NCBI RefSeq assembly: GCF_001194135.2
Contig: NC_068994.1
Coordinates: 7,887,200-7,923,524 of the forward strand
Direction: 5' to 3'
Origin: Octopus bimaculoides
Lineage: Eukaryota
DNA: 36,325 bases
The translations under genes were made by a program, and so were the position numbers. Below, piece after piece: positions 20,590-32,890 of the stretch; the first letter of the stretch is position 1; the number at the start of each line of letters is the position of its first letter. The notes below the pieces were generated by a model. It had not been told where the DNA came from, did not search any database, and was given only the letters and a program-made list of their open reading frames with translations.

Positions 20590-20820
20590 GGTGGTCATAT
20601 ATGGATAGCGACAGATCTGGGACCATTGGTGGTCATATATGGATATAACGACAGATCTGGGACCATTGGTGGTCATATATGGATATAACGACAGATCTGG
20701 GACCATTGGTGATCATATATGGATATAACGACAGATCTGGGACCATTGGTGGTCATATATGGATATAGCGACAGATCTGGGACCATTGGTGGTCATATAT
20801 GGATACAGACAAATCTGGAG
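20590..20820. repeat. 40-bp minisatellite, about 5.8 copies (ggtggtcatatatggatataacgacagatctgggaccatt)
   Basis: Units start at 20590 (38 bp), 20628, 20668, 20708, 20748 and 20788 (partial). A degenerate extra copy lies near 20877-20905. Confidence 0.95.
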
Positions 20821-21319
20821 TCGCTGCATGTACCACAAAAATGGCTGTCTCTGGAGTTGGTGATTTTTTTACCGATGGTGGTCATACATGGATTGCAACA
20901 GATCTGAATTAGTGGATAGACCACAAGTGATTCTAATATTATGCTGGCCCAAAATGGATTTTTAATGACAGGAACGTGTGGAACTAGTGGGGTTTGCTGT
21001 TCACGAATACCTTCTTGTTTTTATTTCCTCACTACGGATTTTTAGCTCATTTCAACCCACCCTTTTTTTTCCTGTTTTCTTTGCGTGTGTGTGTCTGTGT
21101 GTGTGTGTGTGTGTTTTTGTGTGACTGACTGTGTGGTGCATGTAGTTGTAAGCTTTTTATTAAAATCAAGTTTCACGATACAAAGTTTAGAGTTTTATCG
21201 GTTTTACTTTTAAAGCAAGGCTCCACCCACACCCACATGCACTATTGAATAAGGCAAATATTTTGAATTTGTCATCTGAGACTTTCTCTTCAGAACTGAG
21301 TGAATTTTCACACCTTCAT

Positions 21320-21328
21320 ATATGCATG

Positions 21329-21362
<34 letters not shown>

Positions 21363-21629
21363 TTAAATTGTCAAAAACGAAATGTATGTGTGTGTTTATA
21401 AAAACAGTATGGGCTTTTAGAAAAGCAATGCAGGTATGTATGTGAATGAGTATGTGTATGTGTGTGTGTGTGGACACTTGTGTATATGCAAGTGTGTGTG
21501 TGTGTGTATATCTACACTTGTGTATGTATGTATGTGTGCATCTATATACCTGTGTATACAGATGCACACTTTGTGTGTGTGTGTGTGTGTGTTTTTGTAC
21601 ATGTATAGGTGTATGTATATATATATATT

Positions 21630-21665
<36 letters not shown>

Positions 21666-22380
21666 AACAAGTAAATGTAAGTGCATATCTATATACAGAT
21701 GTATATATGTACATGTATGTGTGCATTTATATACATGTGTATATATATATATATATATACACACATAAAGTACATGTATATGTGCATCTGTTTATATGCA
21801 AGTCTATATATGTAGTGTGTGTGTATAGGCATGCATCTAATCATGTATATAGGTGTGTGCGCACACATACAGACATGCATATATATATATATATATATAT
21901 ATACATGCACGTATGTGATGCGTATATATGTGCTACAATATATAAGAAAGCAAGCGTTCAGACACCGAAGCCCCTGGTTAAAAAACCTGCCTCACAAACT
22001 TCCAATGATTTACATTGTCAGAAAGCAGCAGTTATCTGAAATCACAGAACTGGAACTGTGGTAAATTCAATAACTGCATCCATTGGGAAGTTTAAAAAGA
22101 TGAGTAACGAAGCATTTATCTGATTGAGTACAGATACACCATGGTTCTCTCTCCAGGCCTGCACTAAAGTACATTTGTTTGATGTATTGTGTGTGTGTGT
22201 GTGTGTGTGTGTGTATACTTAAGAATACAAATGTGCATGTCTCTGCATATATTGTGTGTGTGTATGTATGTATGTATGTGTAAATGTGTATATGCGTGTG
22301 TATGTATATGCATGTGTGCGTGTGTATGTGTATATATGTACACACATATGTACATGCACATATAATTGCATGTGTGTGCA
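21320..22380. repeat. Degenerate (AT)/(GT)/(ATGT) microsatellite field
   Basis: Direct reading; it produces the low-complexity YI/CV/HT ORFs in the track. Confidence 0.9.
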
Positions 22381-23334
22381 GGTATAAAGTGTTACCCATA
22401 TTTTGGTTACAATTGTAATTCTTCTATTGAAAAACAAAGAACAAAAAAAAACAAACGAACAGAAATCTTTAAATTTGTCAAGTCTTGGAGAAAAGTTTGG
22501 ACAATTAAAAGCTGTCAAATGTTAAAAATCCTTTTTGTAAGGACTTTCTTTGAATGTACTCACCATCCTATATTTTTCTTTTTTGGTTTTATTTATATTA
22601 TGAATTCCTTATTTTTTAAGTCTTTAGAAAAAAGCAGACGCAAAAAGGATTTTTATTCCAAAATTTTCTTATTTCAAAGGGGAGAGATGGTTATCTTTTA
22701 AATCTACTCCACTTTATAGCCCAGACCCCAAATATACAGCATGACCATGTAATTATTTTAATAATGGTTTATTTATTTGAAATGATCGGAATAGTAGAAC
22801 CGCAAATGTAATAATACCTGGTTGTGTTTAATCATAGACCTTTGATTATGACTTCTCAGGTAACTCTTTCTGATCCCTTTTTCATGGACGTGTCTCCCTT
22901 TCAAATTTCCTTGTTTCTAGCTGGTGGTCATCTTCTTAGTGTTGTTAGTGGGTGCCACAGTAACACACACACTGGCTCCTTTTTTTTAAATTTTTTTTTA
23001 GGATGGGGTACTTGCAGGCCAAACACACAACCTTTAGTTTAAAACCATTGCAACGAGCAGATGAAGGGAGTTTGTTATTACTTGATCTGCTTGAAATAGC
23101 TCTGATGTCTTCCTCTCAGATCATATACCTACTGTCTTCAGGAAAGGATGTTTTGAATAATGTGGCACTGGATTCCTTGTATAGGCTGAATCAGTTCTGT
23201 TATAGTGTTCCCCTGAGAAAAACCTGCATTCCATTAAGAAAAACACAAACAAACAAACAAACAAAAATCCTAATATTTCACTTAATACATATTGATACAC
23301 AAAACATTCACTCAGAATAGGGTATTTGCAGGTC

Positions 23335-23583
23335 TCCCTCCTGTTCCCCATTCTCTTTCTCTCTCTGTCTCCCTCCCTCACTCTTTCTCTCTCTGTCTCC
23401 CTCCCTCGCTCTTTCTCTGTCTCCCGCTCTCCACTCCCTCTCCCTTTCTCCATCCCCTCTCTCCCTTTCTCCATCCCCCTCTCCCTACTTGCTCCCTCTC
23501 TCCCACTCTCTCTGTCTCCCACTCTCTCTGTCTCCCACTCTCTCTGTCTCCCACTCTCTCTGTCTCCCACTCTCTCTCCCCCG

Positions 23584-23640
<57 letters not shown>

Positions 23641-23720
23641 GATCCCCCTCTCTCCCCTCCCTCCCCCTCTCCCTCTCCCTTCCCGCTCCCTTCCCATCTC
23701 CCTACCCCCTTCCTCCCCGA
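23335..23720. repeat. CT-rich simple repeat including 16-bp tandem tctcccactctctctg
   Basis: Direct reading. Confidence 0.9.
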
Positions 23721-24418
23721 ATGTTGTGTTATCTACTTAGAGAGAAAATCTCATATGCTCTTGTGGTTCTCCAGAATCTTGGTCTATAAACCGACCTGTC
23801 TTTGTTTTGGCCGTTAATTTTTGTCAGAAAATTTCAGAAAATACAGTATTATAGTATGCATATTTGTGTACTAAGAGGTGCAAAGCTGAGTTTGTGGCAG
23901 AAGTTGAGCAGATAAGAACACGTCATCGATAAGGTTGCAGGCTGCAATAAAAAGAACATTGAAAAACCGACGGATTGGTTGATCAATTGGTTAACTGACT
24001 AGCAAGCTTACTGTGCTGCGCTGGAGGAACATATATAGAACTGATTTGCTTCTTGCAAGATGGTACATGAGCATGCCTAATGATAATCAATCAATAAACT
24101 TTATGAATCCTCCCAAATATATGTGAAACTTTAGCTTCGCTCCTTTGGCTATTTGGAAGTCAAGCAAGCTTCAGTCATAAAATCTATAATCCTACAACAG
24201 ACCCTAAAATTGGTTACTTTAATTATGTTGATACAATTTATTGTGATGTTGTTATCAGGTCTGCTAGAGTGCACCGACTGTAACACGCTGAGCAGTAATT
24301 AATTTCGTTGATCAATAACCGAGTTCAAATCCTGCCCGTCAGCTTCGGCATTGCATTTTTTTTATCCCACCGTTCGTTTGCAGGAAATATTTACTATACT
24401 CTGTTCAATAGTCTAAAG

Positions 24419-24711
24419 CAGGGGTTTTCAAACTTTTTGACTTGCGGACCCCTTTATATTTCAGGCTTTACCTTAGGGACCCCCTTGTAAATGCTTATGA
24501 AATTTATACATAAATATTTGCTTAAAATAACATTTTTACATTTATTTATTTAACAGTATTTAACAAAATAGGTTTATTGTCAATTTAAAGATTTCGATTA
24601 AAAAACATATATAAAATCAAATTGCCCATAAAAAGTATTTGCTGTCTACGGACCCCCTGTCTTGTCCTTGTGGACCCCTGTGGTCCGCGGACCACAGTTT
24701 GAAAACACCTG
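24419..24711. mobile_element. hAT (Charlie-type) MITE, 293 bp, 8-bp TSD
   Basis: TSD GTCTAAAG at 24411-24418 and 24712-24719. TIR CAGGGGTTTTCAAACT versus CAGGTGTTTTCAAACT (15/16). Confidence 0.92.
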
Positions 24712-25379
24712 GTCTAAAGTTGTTCCAAACACATCATCTGTGTGTGTGTCAGTGTATGTACAAACTATATAATATGATAGAAAATTATACAGGGTTAAGG
24801 GATCACCAAAACCCAAGTAACACTATGAGCAGAGACAATAACAAAATAGGACCACTTTCCCTTAGTACGTAGGATAATGAAAGCAGTGAAGTATTGCACT
24901 GAAGGTTTTTTTTTTATCGATTATACCGATTTGTTCGATATTTAGTTTATTGAACATGGAAGGAGAAAAAAGAACTCCGTAAAGTTGGATTTGAATTCAA
25001 CATGCTAAGGGACTGTTTTGTTCGACATTCTATTGAAAAGAATTATTTCACGTTCTCTCGAGGTTTCAAAATTCTGATGACGTAAACAACATACGATTCT
25101 CGTTGGTGAGAACGAAGCTTCTGGAGTGATTAGATAATTTCGGAGGATAGCTTTGGTCCAATGATAGAGCGCCTGTCATGGTAGCTGGAAATATTCGTTC
25201 GAGTCGCACGGGCAATTTTCAACCTTTTCTATCCCGATATTTGCACGCTGTTATTTCTAGCTTTATCTGCTTCGAGATCAACAATATAAAATGCGTGTGT
25301 GTGTGTATACAAATAGATGTATGATTGCTACCGTTAAGTTTAGATCTCCGCCTAGATTATCATCATCCAGTCTGCTTCC

Positions 25380-25758
25380 AGTGTAATGGTTAAGCAATAT
25401 ATGTTTGCTTCCCAACCACATGATTCCGGGTTCAGTCCCACTGCGTGACACCTTGGGCAGGTGTCTTCTATTTTAACCCCAGGTCGACCAAAGCCTTGTG
25501 AATAGATTTGGGAGACGGAAACTGAAAGAAGCCCGTCAATTTATATATATATATATGTTGTCCTCCCACCATCGCTTGACAACCGACGTTGGTGTGCTGT
25601 GTTTCAGTCCCCTTGAATTAGCGGTTCGGTAAACGTGACCGACAGAATAAGCATCAGGCTTACAAAGAATAAGTCGATTTGTTCGACTAAAGGCGGTACT
25701 CCAGCATGGCCGCAGTCAAATGACTGAAACAAGAAAAAAAAAATAAAGAAAAAAAAAA
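25380..25758 (+). mobile_element. SINE family A, near full length
   Basis: Head, body and the tail tccagcatggccgcagtcaaatgactgaaac followed by poly-A. Confidence 0.88.
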
Positions 25759-26543
25759 TTGGCTTCAANNNNNNNNNNNNNNNNNNNNNNNNNNNNNNNN
25801 NNNNNNNNNNNNNNNNNNNNNNNNNNNNNNNNNNNNNNNNNNNNNNNNNNNNNNNNNNNNNNNNNNNNNNNNNNNNNNNNNNNNNNNNNNNNNNNNNNNN
25901 NNNNNNNNNNNNNNNNNNNNNNNNNNNNNNNNNNNNNNNNNNNNNNNNNNNNNNNNNNNNNNNNNNNNNNNNNNNNNNNNNNNNNNNNNNNNNNNNNNNN
26001 NNNNNNNNNNNNNNNNNNNNNNNNNNNNNNNNNNNNNNNNNNNNNNNNNNNNNNNNNNNNNNNNNNNNNNNNNNNNNNNNNNNNNNNNNNNNNNNNNNNN
26101 NNNNNNNNNNNNNNNNNNNNNNNNNNNNNNNNNNNNNNNNNNNNNNNNNNNNNNNNNNNNNNNNNNNNNNNNNNNNNNNNNNNNNNNNNNNNNNNNNNNN
26201 NNNNNNNNNNNNNNNNNNNNNNNNNNNNNNNNNNNNNNNNNNNNNNNNNNNNNNNNNNNNNNNNNNNNNNNNNNNNNNNNNNNNNNNNNNNNNNNNNNNN
26301 NNNNNNNNNNNNNNNNNNNNNNNNNNNNNNNNNNNNNNNNNNNNNNNNNNNNNNNNNNNNNNNNNNNNNNNNNNNNNNNNNNNNNNNNNNNNNNNNNNNN
26401 NNNNNNNNNNNNNNNNNNNNNNNNNNNNNNNNNNNNNNNNNNNNNNNNNNNNNNNNNNNNNNNNNNNNNNNNNNNNNNNNNNNNNNNNNNNNNNNNNNNN
26501 NNNNNNNNNNNNNNNNNNNNNNNNNNNNNNNNNNNNNNNNNNN

Positions 26544-26798
26544 GTGTACCCTTAACGTAGTTCTCGGAGATATTCAGTGTGACAGGGCTGGCCCTTTGAA
26601 TTACAGGCACAACAGAAACAGTGAGAGAAAGTTGTGGTGAAAGAGTACAGCAGGGTTTGCCACCATCCCCTGCCGGAGCCTCGTGGAGCTTTAGGTGTTT
26701 TCGCTCAATAAACACTCACAACGCCCGGTCTGGGAATCGAAACCGCGATCCTATGACCACGAGTCCGCTGCCCTAACCACTGGGCCATTGCGCCTCCA
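26544..26798 (-). mobile_element. SINE family C
   Basis: Reverse complement of the 12392 copy, with a longer 3' tail running into the gap. Confidence 0.9.
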
Positions 26799-27264
26799 CT
26801 GCTGAGCGAATGCACAGACGACAAACTATCAACAGCCAGAATCAACCAGTTTAGTTAGCAAACTACTGCTGTCATCTCTAGTCTTGGCATGCGCTGATGA
26901 GACATTTCAGCTATGACTCACTGGCACGTGCAGGTCCACCCGACATGATGTTGGTAACGAGGATGATGATGATACATGCATATATAGTCACGTGTTCTAA
27001 CCAACCCTGAGCTGTTGGTTTTTGGTTTTGGTAAGGCAGACTACGGTACCCCGGCGAAAGTAGGTGCGGTTGCTTATATCACAGGTGAAAGGATTAGGCT
27101 ACTAACTGGAAAAAAATTATCCAACTAAAGATATCTCCCTTCTCGCAAAAGAAATAGAAAGAAAAAAAAAACGAAACGAAACAAAACCTTCTTGTCCCAG
27201 CTGTTCGTATACAAATGACCATTTTTACCAAACCATTTTGAAGATTCCACGACAGAAGCAGATA

Positions 27265-27340
27265 TACAGGGTGGGCCAAAAGCCACGCACCATGTTTAAG
27301 TTTAAAACGTTTCGGAATTGTGAAAACCATGCTTCAGTTT
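27265..27340. mobile_element. Possible Tc1/mariner-type TIR end (TA|CAGGGTGGGCCAAAAG)
   Basis: TA followed by a CAGGGTG start typical of Tc1/mariner TIRs; the partner end was not found. Confidence 0.4.
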
Positions 27341-27420
27341 TCCTAAAATTGAATGAAATAAATAAAATGATGATGAATAGACACGTACTTGTACAAGATA
27401 GAAAAAAAAACAAAATGAAT

Positions 27421-28140
27421 AATAATAATAATGATCCTTTCTACTATAGGCACAAGGCCTGAAATTTGGGGGAAGGGGACTAGTCGATTACACCGACCCT
27501 CCAGTACTCAACTGGTTCTCAATTTATCGATTCCGAAAGGATGAAAGGCAAAGTCGATCTCGGCTGAATTTGAACTCAGAACGTAAAGATGTACGAAATA
27601 CTGCTACGCATTATGTCCTTCATGTTCACAATTCTGCCAGCTCACCTGCTTCAAAAAAAAAAAAAATTTGGCACAATGAGATCAATTTTTAAGGAAGGGA
27701 GTTGGTCGATATCATCGATCCTAGTACTTTATTTTTAACTACCCCGAATGAATGAAATAAACAGTTGGCTTCGGCTGGATTTGAACTGAGAACGCAAGAA
27801 GCCGGAAGAGCAGCCGCTAGGCCATTCCCCCCTCCCCCCGACGTACTAGCGACCCTGCCAGCTCGCCGGCTTATAATAATATTATAATAATATTGATTTC
27901 AAATTTTTGGCACAAGGCCAGAATTTCGGGGACTCCAAAAGGACGAAAATTAATGTCGACCTCGGCGGAATTTGAGCTCAGAACGTAGACAGACGAAATG
28001 TCACGAAGCATATCGCCCCGGCGTGCTAACGATTCTGTCTTACACTATCTTATTATAATAAATAACGGTGAGGATTTTATCGACCCATAAAGGGATAAAA
28101 ACCAAAGTCAACCTCGGTGACATTTGAACCCAAAACGGAA
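27421..28140 (-). mobile_element. Cluster of 3-4 tandem SINE family B copies
   Basis: Copies at ~27421-27652, ~27665-27872, ~27895-28040 and a fragment at ~28075-28140, separated by A/TAA-rich tracts. Confidence 0.8.
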
Positions 28141-28625
28141 CAGACAGACGGATCTTATTGTAATAAATATTAAAAATATAATATTGAGAGCTACGTGTGA
28201 ATGAGTGATGAGGTATTTTTTTTTTATTTACTTGTTTCAGTCAATAGACTGTGGCCATGCTGGAGCACCGCCTTGAATTTTTAGTTGAACTGACCCTAGT
28301 GCTGGTACTTCATGAGCGCTCTTGAACTTTAGCTGCCCACAAAGTAGCTGTTTACTTTTAACTACCCAGCATCCTACCAGCATTATTGTGATGCTGTATT
28401 TCAGGTTTTTATCTAACATTTATATCTACATTTTGATGAACATTTAAATCAAAATATTTTAATAATTGAAGTGTCTTACCAGTTTGGACAAAAGCTATGA
28501 AAAATAAGAGACAATTGTGTAAATTTGAAGATAGCTAGATTAATTAGTTGGCTGACGGTGGTGGTGGTGATTAAACGATTGTGATATTTAAAGTTAACTG
28601 TGTGTTTGAGGCAGAGGGAATCTTC

Positions 28626-29034
28626 TATCCTTTTACTGGTTTCAGTCATTGGACTGCAGCCATGCTGGGGCACTGCCTTGAATGATTTAGTCGAACAAAT
28701 CGAACCCAGTGTTTATTGTTTTATTTTCTTTACCAAAGTTTGTCAATCGGTCACTTTTGTCGAACTTTAAGTTACGGCGACATAAACAAACCAACACCAG
28801 TTTCCAAGCGGTTGTGGTGGGGAAAAACATACATATATACATATTATATATAAATATAGATATATACACACGACAGGCTTCCAAGCAGTTTCCAGCTACC
28901 AAAATTCACTCGCAAGGCAGTGTACGGCGCGGGAGTATTCTAGAAGACATTTGCCCTAAGGTGCCGTGTGGTGGAACTGAACCTGAAACCACGCAAGTGT
29001 AAAGCGAGCTTCTTAAATCACACACCCATGCCTG
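28626..29034 (-). mobile_element. SINE family A (diverged)
   Basis: Both head and tail are recognisable on the minus strand. Confidence 0.8.
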
Positions 29035-30122
29035 ATCAAGAAATAACATAAAAATAATGAAAAAAGACAAAATGTGTGAATTGCTGTCGGAAACGGCTTG
29101 ATTTTTGTTGAAAACATTGGTGATAATCAAATATAAAATAACGTCGATGATACGAATATAATATTTTTCCTGTTATTTTTCTTCTTTTCAAAAATAAAAT
29201 TCTAAATGCTTCTACGAAGAAAATATCTTTCCCTGTGTTATTTATTTCTGTATCTAATGCTTTTATCGGGGGTTCCGGTCTGCAAGCTCCTAATTGTTTT
29301 ACATAATAAATTTGGTGTGGCGAAATGTTCCTGTAGTAAATCGATCGAAGCGTAACCAGTCATTCTTTCGTTAATCAAAACGTGTAACCTTTTCACTTGC
29401 TATTCGAACCCTTAGCTAGCCAGGTTCCTGTACGAAGTGATAATGATTAGCATCCATCATTATGGCTTGAACGGCTTTCATTATCGAACTATTCAAACAA
29501 TAACTTCGAACTAAGCAAGAAAATGAAAAAAAAAAAAAAATTGTAAGGGAGATAACTTTAATTTTTAAACTGATGCAAATGCTGAAATTATTTCCCTTGG
29601 ACCGTTTAAACAAGGGACACTACTGTAAAAGATTATTGTACTATATATGATGTTTATCTANNNNNNNNNNNNNNNNNNNNNNNNNNNNNNNNNNNNNNNN
29701 NNNNNNNNNNNNNNNNNNNNNNNNNNNNNNNNNNNNNNNNNNNNNNNNNNNNNNNNNNNNNNNNNNNNNNNNNNNNNNNNNNNNNNNNNNNNNNNNNNNN
29801 NNNNNNNNNNNNNNNNNNNNNNNNNNNNNNNNNNNNNNNNNNNNNNNNNNNNNNNNNNNNNNNNNNNNNNNNNNNNNNNNNNNNNNNNNNNNNNNNNNNN
29901 NNNNNNNNNNNNNNNNNNNNNNNNNNNNNNNNNNNNNNNNNNNNNATTTCACTCGGACGGACCAGTTTGTGGTCAACTTCAGGTGTGCTTTTCTTTACGT
30001 TTATAGATTTCTCTCAACCGCGTTTGAACTTAATCATAATTTCTAAAACGATAAATGTAATTACGTAGGGATAAAACATAATGTACAAAAATCGTACAGG
30101 TCAATGTGTATTAGTAAATATT

Positions 30123-30337
30123 CTTTTCTACTCTAATCACAAGGCCCGAAATTTTTGGGGAGAGAGGTCCAGTCGATTAGATCTACCCCAGTACGCAACT
30201 GGTGCTTAATTTATCGAGCCCGGAAGAATGAAAGGCAAAGTCGACCTCGGCGGAATTTGAACCCAGAACGTAACGGCAGACGAAATACCACTAAGCATTT
30301 CGCCCGGCGTGCTAACGTCTCTGCCAGCTCGCCGCCT
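30123..30337 (-). mobile_element. SINE family B, full length, 18-bp TSD
   Basis: TSD TGTGTATTAGTAAATATT at 30105-30122 and 30338-30355. Confidence 0.92.
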
Positions 30338-30362
30338 TGTGTATTAGTAAATATTACTATCA

Positions 30363-30795
30363 GAATCATTAGCACTCCGGACAAAATGCTTAGCAGTATT
30401 TCTTCCGGTTCTTAACATTCTGAATTGAAATGCCGGCGACATCGACTTTGCCTTTCATCCTTTCGGAGTCGATAGAATAAATACCAGTTGAACCCGGGGT
30501 GGGGAGTGGGGTTCTATGTTATCAACAAACTCCCTCTTGATATTTCAGGTATTTTGCCTATGGGAGAAAGAAAGATTAAAAGCGGCAACTATCTGGCGGT
30601 ATCATTAATGTACCGGACAAAAAGGGTAACGGCGTTTCTTCCGGCTTCGTTCTGAGTTCAGATTCCGCTAACACCGACTCTACCTTTCATCCTTTCATGA
30701 TCGATTAAATAATTACTAGTCAAGTTCTAGGGTCGAACTAATCGATCAGCCTGCTTCCTTCAAAATGTAGGCCTTGTGCTTATAAGAGAAAGAAT
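30363..30795 (+). mobile_element. Two diverged SINE family B copies
   Basis: Copies at ~30363-30500 and ~30605-30795; both carry a ctttgcctttcatcctttc-like core. Confidence 0.75.
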
Positions 30796-31172
30796 TATTC
30801 AATATTGTTTTCTAATCTTGGCACAAGGCCAGCAATTCTGGAGAGCGTGTAAATCGATTAAATTGACCCCCAGTGCTCGACTGGTACTTATTTTATCAAT
30901 TCTGAANNNNNNNNNNNNNNNNNNNNNNNNNNNNNNNNNNNNNNNNNNNNNNNNNNNNNNNNNNNNNNNNNNNNNNNNNNNNNNNNNNNNNNNNNNNNNN
31001 NNNNNNNNNNNNNNNNNNNNNNNNNNNNNNNNNNNNNNNNNNNNNNNNNNNNNNNNNNNNNNNNNNNNNNNNNNNNNNNNNNNNNNNNNNNNNNNNNNNN
31101 NNNNNNNNNNNNNNNNNNNNNNNNNNNNNNNNNNNNNNNNNNNNNNNNNNNNNNNNNNNNNNNNNNNNNNNN

Positions 31173-31500
31173 CCTTGCCACAACTCTCTTGTCCAAACAG
31201 CTCTTGATATTGTCCATCCAATGCGTTCTTTGCTTGTCTTTTGATCTATTGTCCTCTGCTCTTCCTTCCATGATAATGTCTTCCAAACGTCTTCGAATAT
31301 GGCCATCATAGACGGAGCTTTTGATCTTCACAATGTCCAAGAGTTGTCCCCTTTCACCTATTTGCTGTAACACCCTTTCATTTGTCCGATGACCCTTCCA
31401 ATGGACTCGTAACACTCTCCTATACACTCACATTTCGAATACATGGATTATGTTCTCTTCAAATTTCTTCCGAGTTCGTTCTTCGAAACCATATTAGCCA
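31173..31500 (-). mobile_element. RTE-clade LINE fragment (ORF C-terminus, degenerate)
   Basis: YG...FEM*VYRRVLRVHW..HRTNERVL...GHIRRRLEDIIMEGRAE...RTHWMDNI matches the RTE/BovB-type post-RT consensus (WC.RR.LRI.W...TNEEVL...GHI.R...EG...W.DNI). Confidence 0.8.
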
Positions 31501-31689
31501 TTATAAACATTATTTTGAGACGGTAAACATCGAAATAAATTCACCGCCGAACACGAACCACGAATCTGTCGATTATTAGATTATTAGAACTACTGTAAGC
31601 AATATGTGTTTCTTTTTGTGGGATCCGGGGGGTGGGGGCAGTAAACGGAAGGGCCGCTAGTGCATTCAGGATATAACAGCGTGAAGGGG

Positions 31690-31860
31690 AGAAGCTTGCT
31701 TCAGCAAACAGCTGGTACTCATTTATAGCTGAGTAGACGGGAGAAATGTGTGAAATGATGCCTCTTACACATGCACACAACGCGCAACCAGAACTAGGAA
31801 TTGAACGCGTAACCTTGGGATCACAAACCGAAGTCTCTAACCACTGATCCACGCGCCTTC
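31690..31860 (-). mobile_element. Diverged tRNA-derived SINE (family D-like)
   Basis: Minus strand gcgtggatcagtggttagag...gttcaattcc...tactcagctataaatgagtacc. Confidence 0.6.
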
Positions 31861-31927
31861 ACGTTTTTAAAATGTAAGTATTGTAACAGATGTAACGGTG
31901 CGTAGCGCAGTGATCAATGATTCTTTC

Positions 31928-32130
31928 CAGGTCGAGCCGTTACTTCTCCGCATTGAGAAGTCACAGCTCCAGTACGACGAGCATGTGATTAGAATTCCGC
32001 AGGAAAGAATCGCAGGACGTTCTTCAAGCTGAGCCAACTGGCAGGAGACCTAGGGTAGGCCAAAAATGAGATGGTTGGATAATATCCATCGTCTCAGTTG
32101 GTCACGTTTGGAAATCTTGGCGGAAACTGT
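31928..32130 (+). mobile_element. RTE-clade (Rex3/Expander-like) LINE fragment
   Basis: VEPLLLRIEKSQLQYDEHVIRIP...PTGRRPR(fs)GRPKMRWLDNIHRLSWSRLEI resembles VEPLLL.IERSQLRW.GH..RMP...GRRPRGRP..RW.D.I.RL.W.RL. Confidence 0.75.
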
Positions 32131-32890
32131 AATGATAGTTCCTTCTGATGGGAACTTATAAAGGCGGTGTTTGAGGACTCAACCCAGACAACCCTTCCAG
32201 GAACAGTGTGCGGAGAAGATGGAGGAATGGAAAGAAAAGCACGACCTCTCTAAACATAGCAATTCCTTGACAGTTTTCTCCCCTTGTGAGCATATAACGC
32301 CCTTAAGAGAGCGCTACTATCCAGGTTAAGAACCAATAATATCTGTGTACCCGATGTCTTGTTTATGTGCAAGAAAACATTATTTCTGCGTTTATTTCTT
32401 TCAACCATAACCAGATCTTGGCGCTGATTTCTATAAAGTGAGACGTTCGGTTTGTGTCGAAGACTTTCAGTGTTTTGTAAGGTATATTCGGTTGCACCAT
32501 CAACGCTTGCACACTCGACTGCATCCATAACCAGTTGCTGCACACACACTAAAATTTATCAAATATTCCATTGGCGTCTCTCGTCTGCGTCCTTCGTGTT
32601 TATGTGGTACATTCCTTCAGCTGTCTAACATAATAAAATGTCTTCTTTCTGCTTTCTCGCAAATGCTATTAATAAGTATTCGCTTTCGGCAAATACTTTC
32701 TAGAGTATTCTTGTTCTGCTTCGTTCCCTTTCGTAACCATTCGTTACATTCCGCAAGTTTTCGTTTACTGTTTTATTTTATCATTTAAGTGTTCAGATGC
32801 GTTCCATTTATTCATTTCCAGTGTTTTTTGTTGAATTTGTCCGTTAGAGACCGCATCAGATTCACCTAGATTGGTAAGATCGGTGAAGAT

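Noticed and set aside
20590-20820. CRISPR-like array
   Set aside because: The units are contiguous with no unique spacers, the context is eukaryotic and there are no cas genes; it is a minisatellite.
21245-22399. Overlapping YI/CV/HT-rich ORFs and the adjacent RKQAFRHRSPWLKNLPHK... frame
   Set aside because: Microsatellite translation. The unique part lacks a pyrimidine tract and any recognisable homology.
26890-27065. Hammerhead ribozyme (CTGATGA at 26894, GAAA at ~27056)
   Set aside because: The core motifs are ~150 nt apart and I could not form stems I-III. An Infernal search with hammerhead models would settle it.
29416-29530. Minus-strand exon candidate (RSYCLNSSIMKAVQAIMMDANHYHFVQEPG)
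   Set aside because: Good acceptor but no recognisable homology and no supported partner exons.
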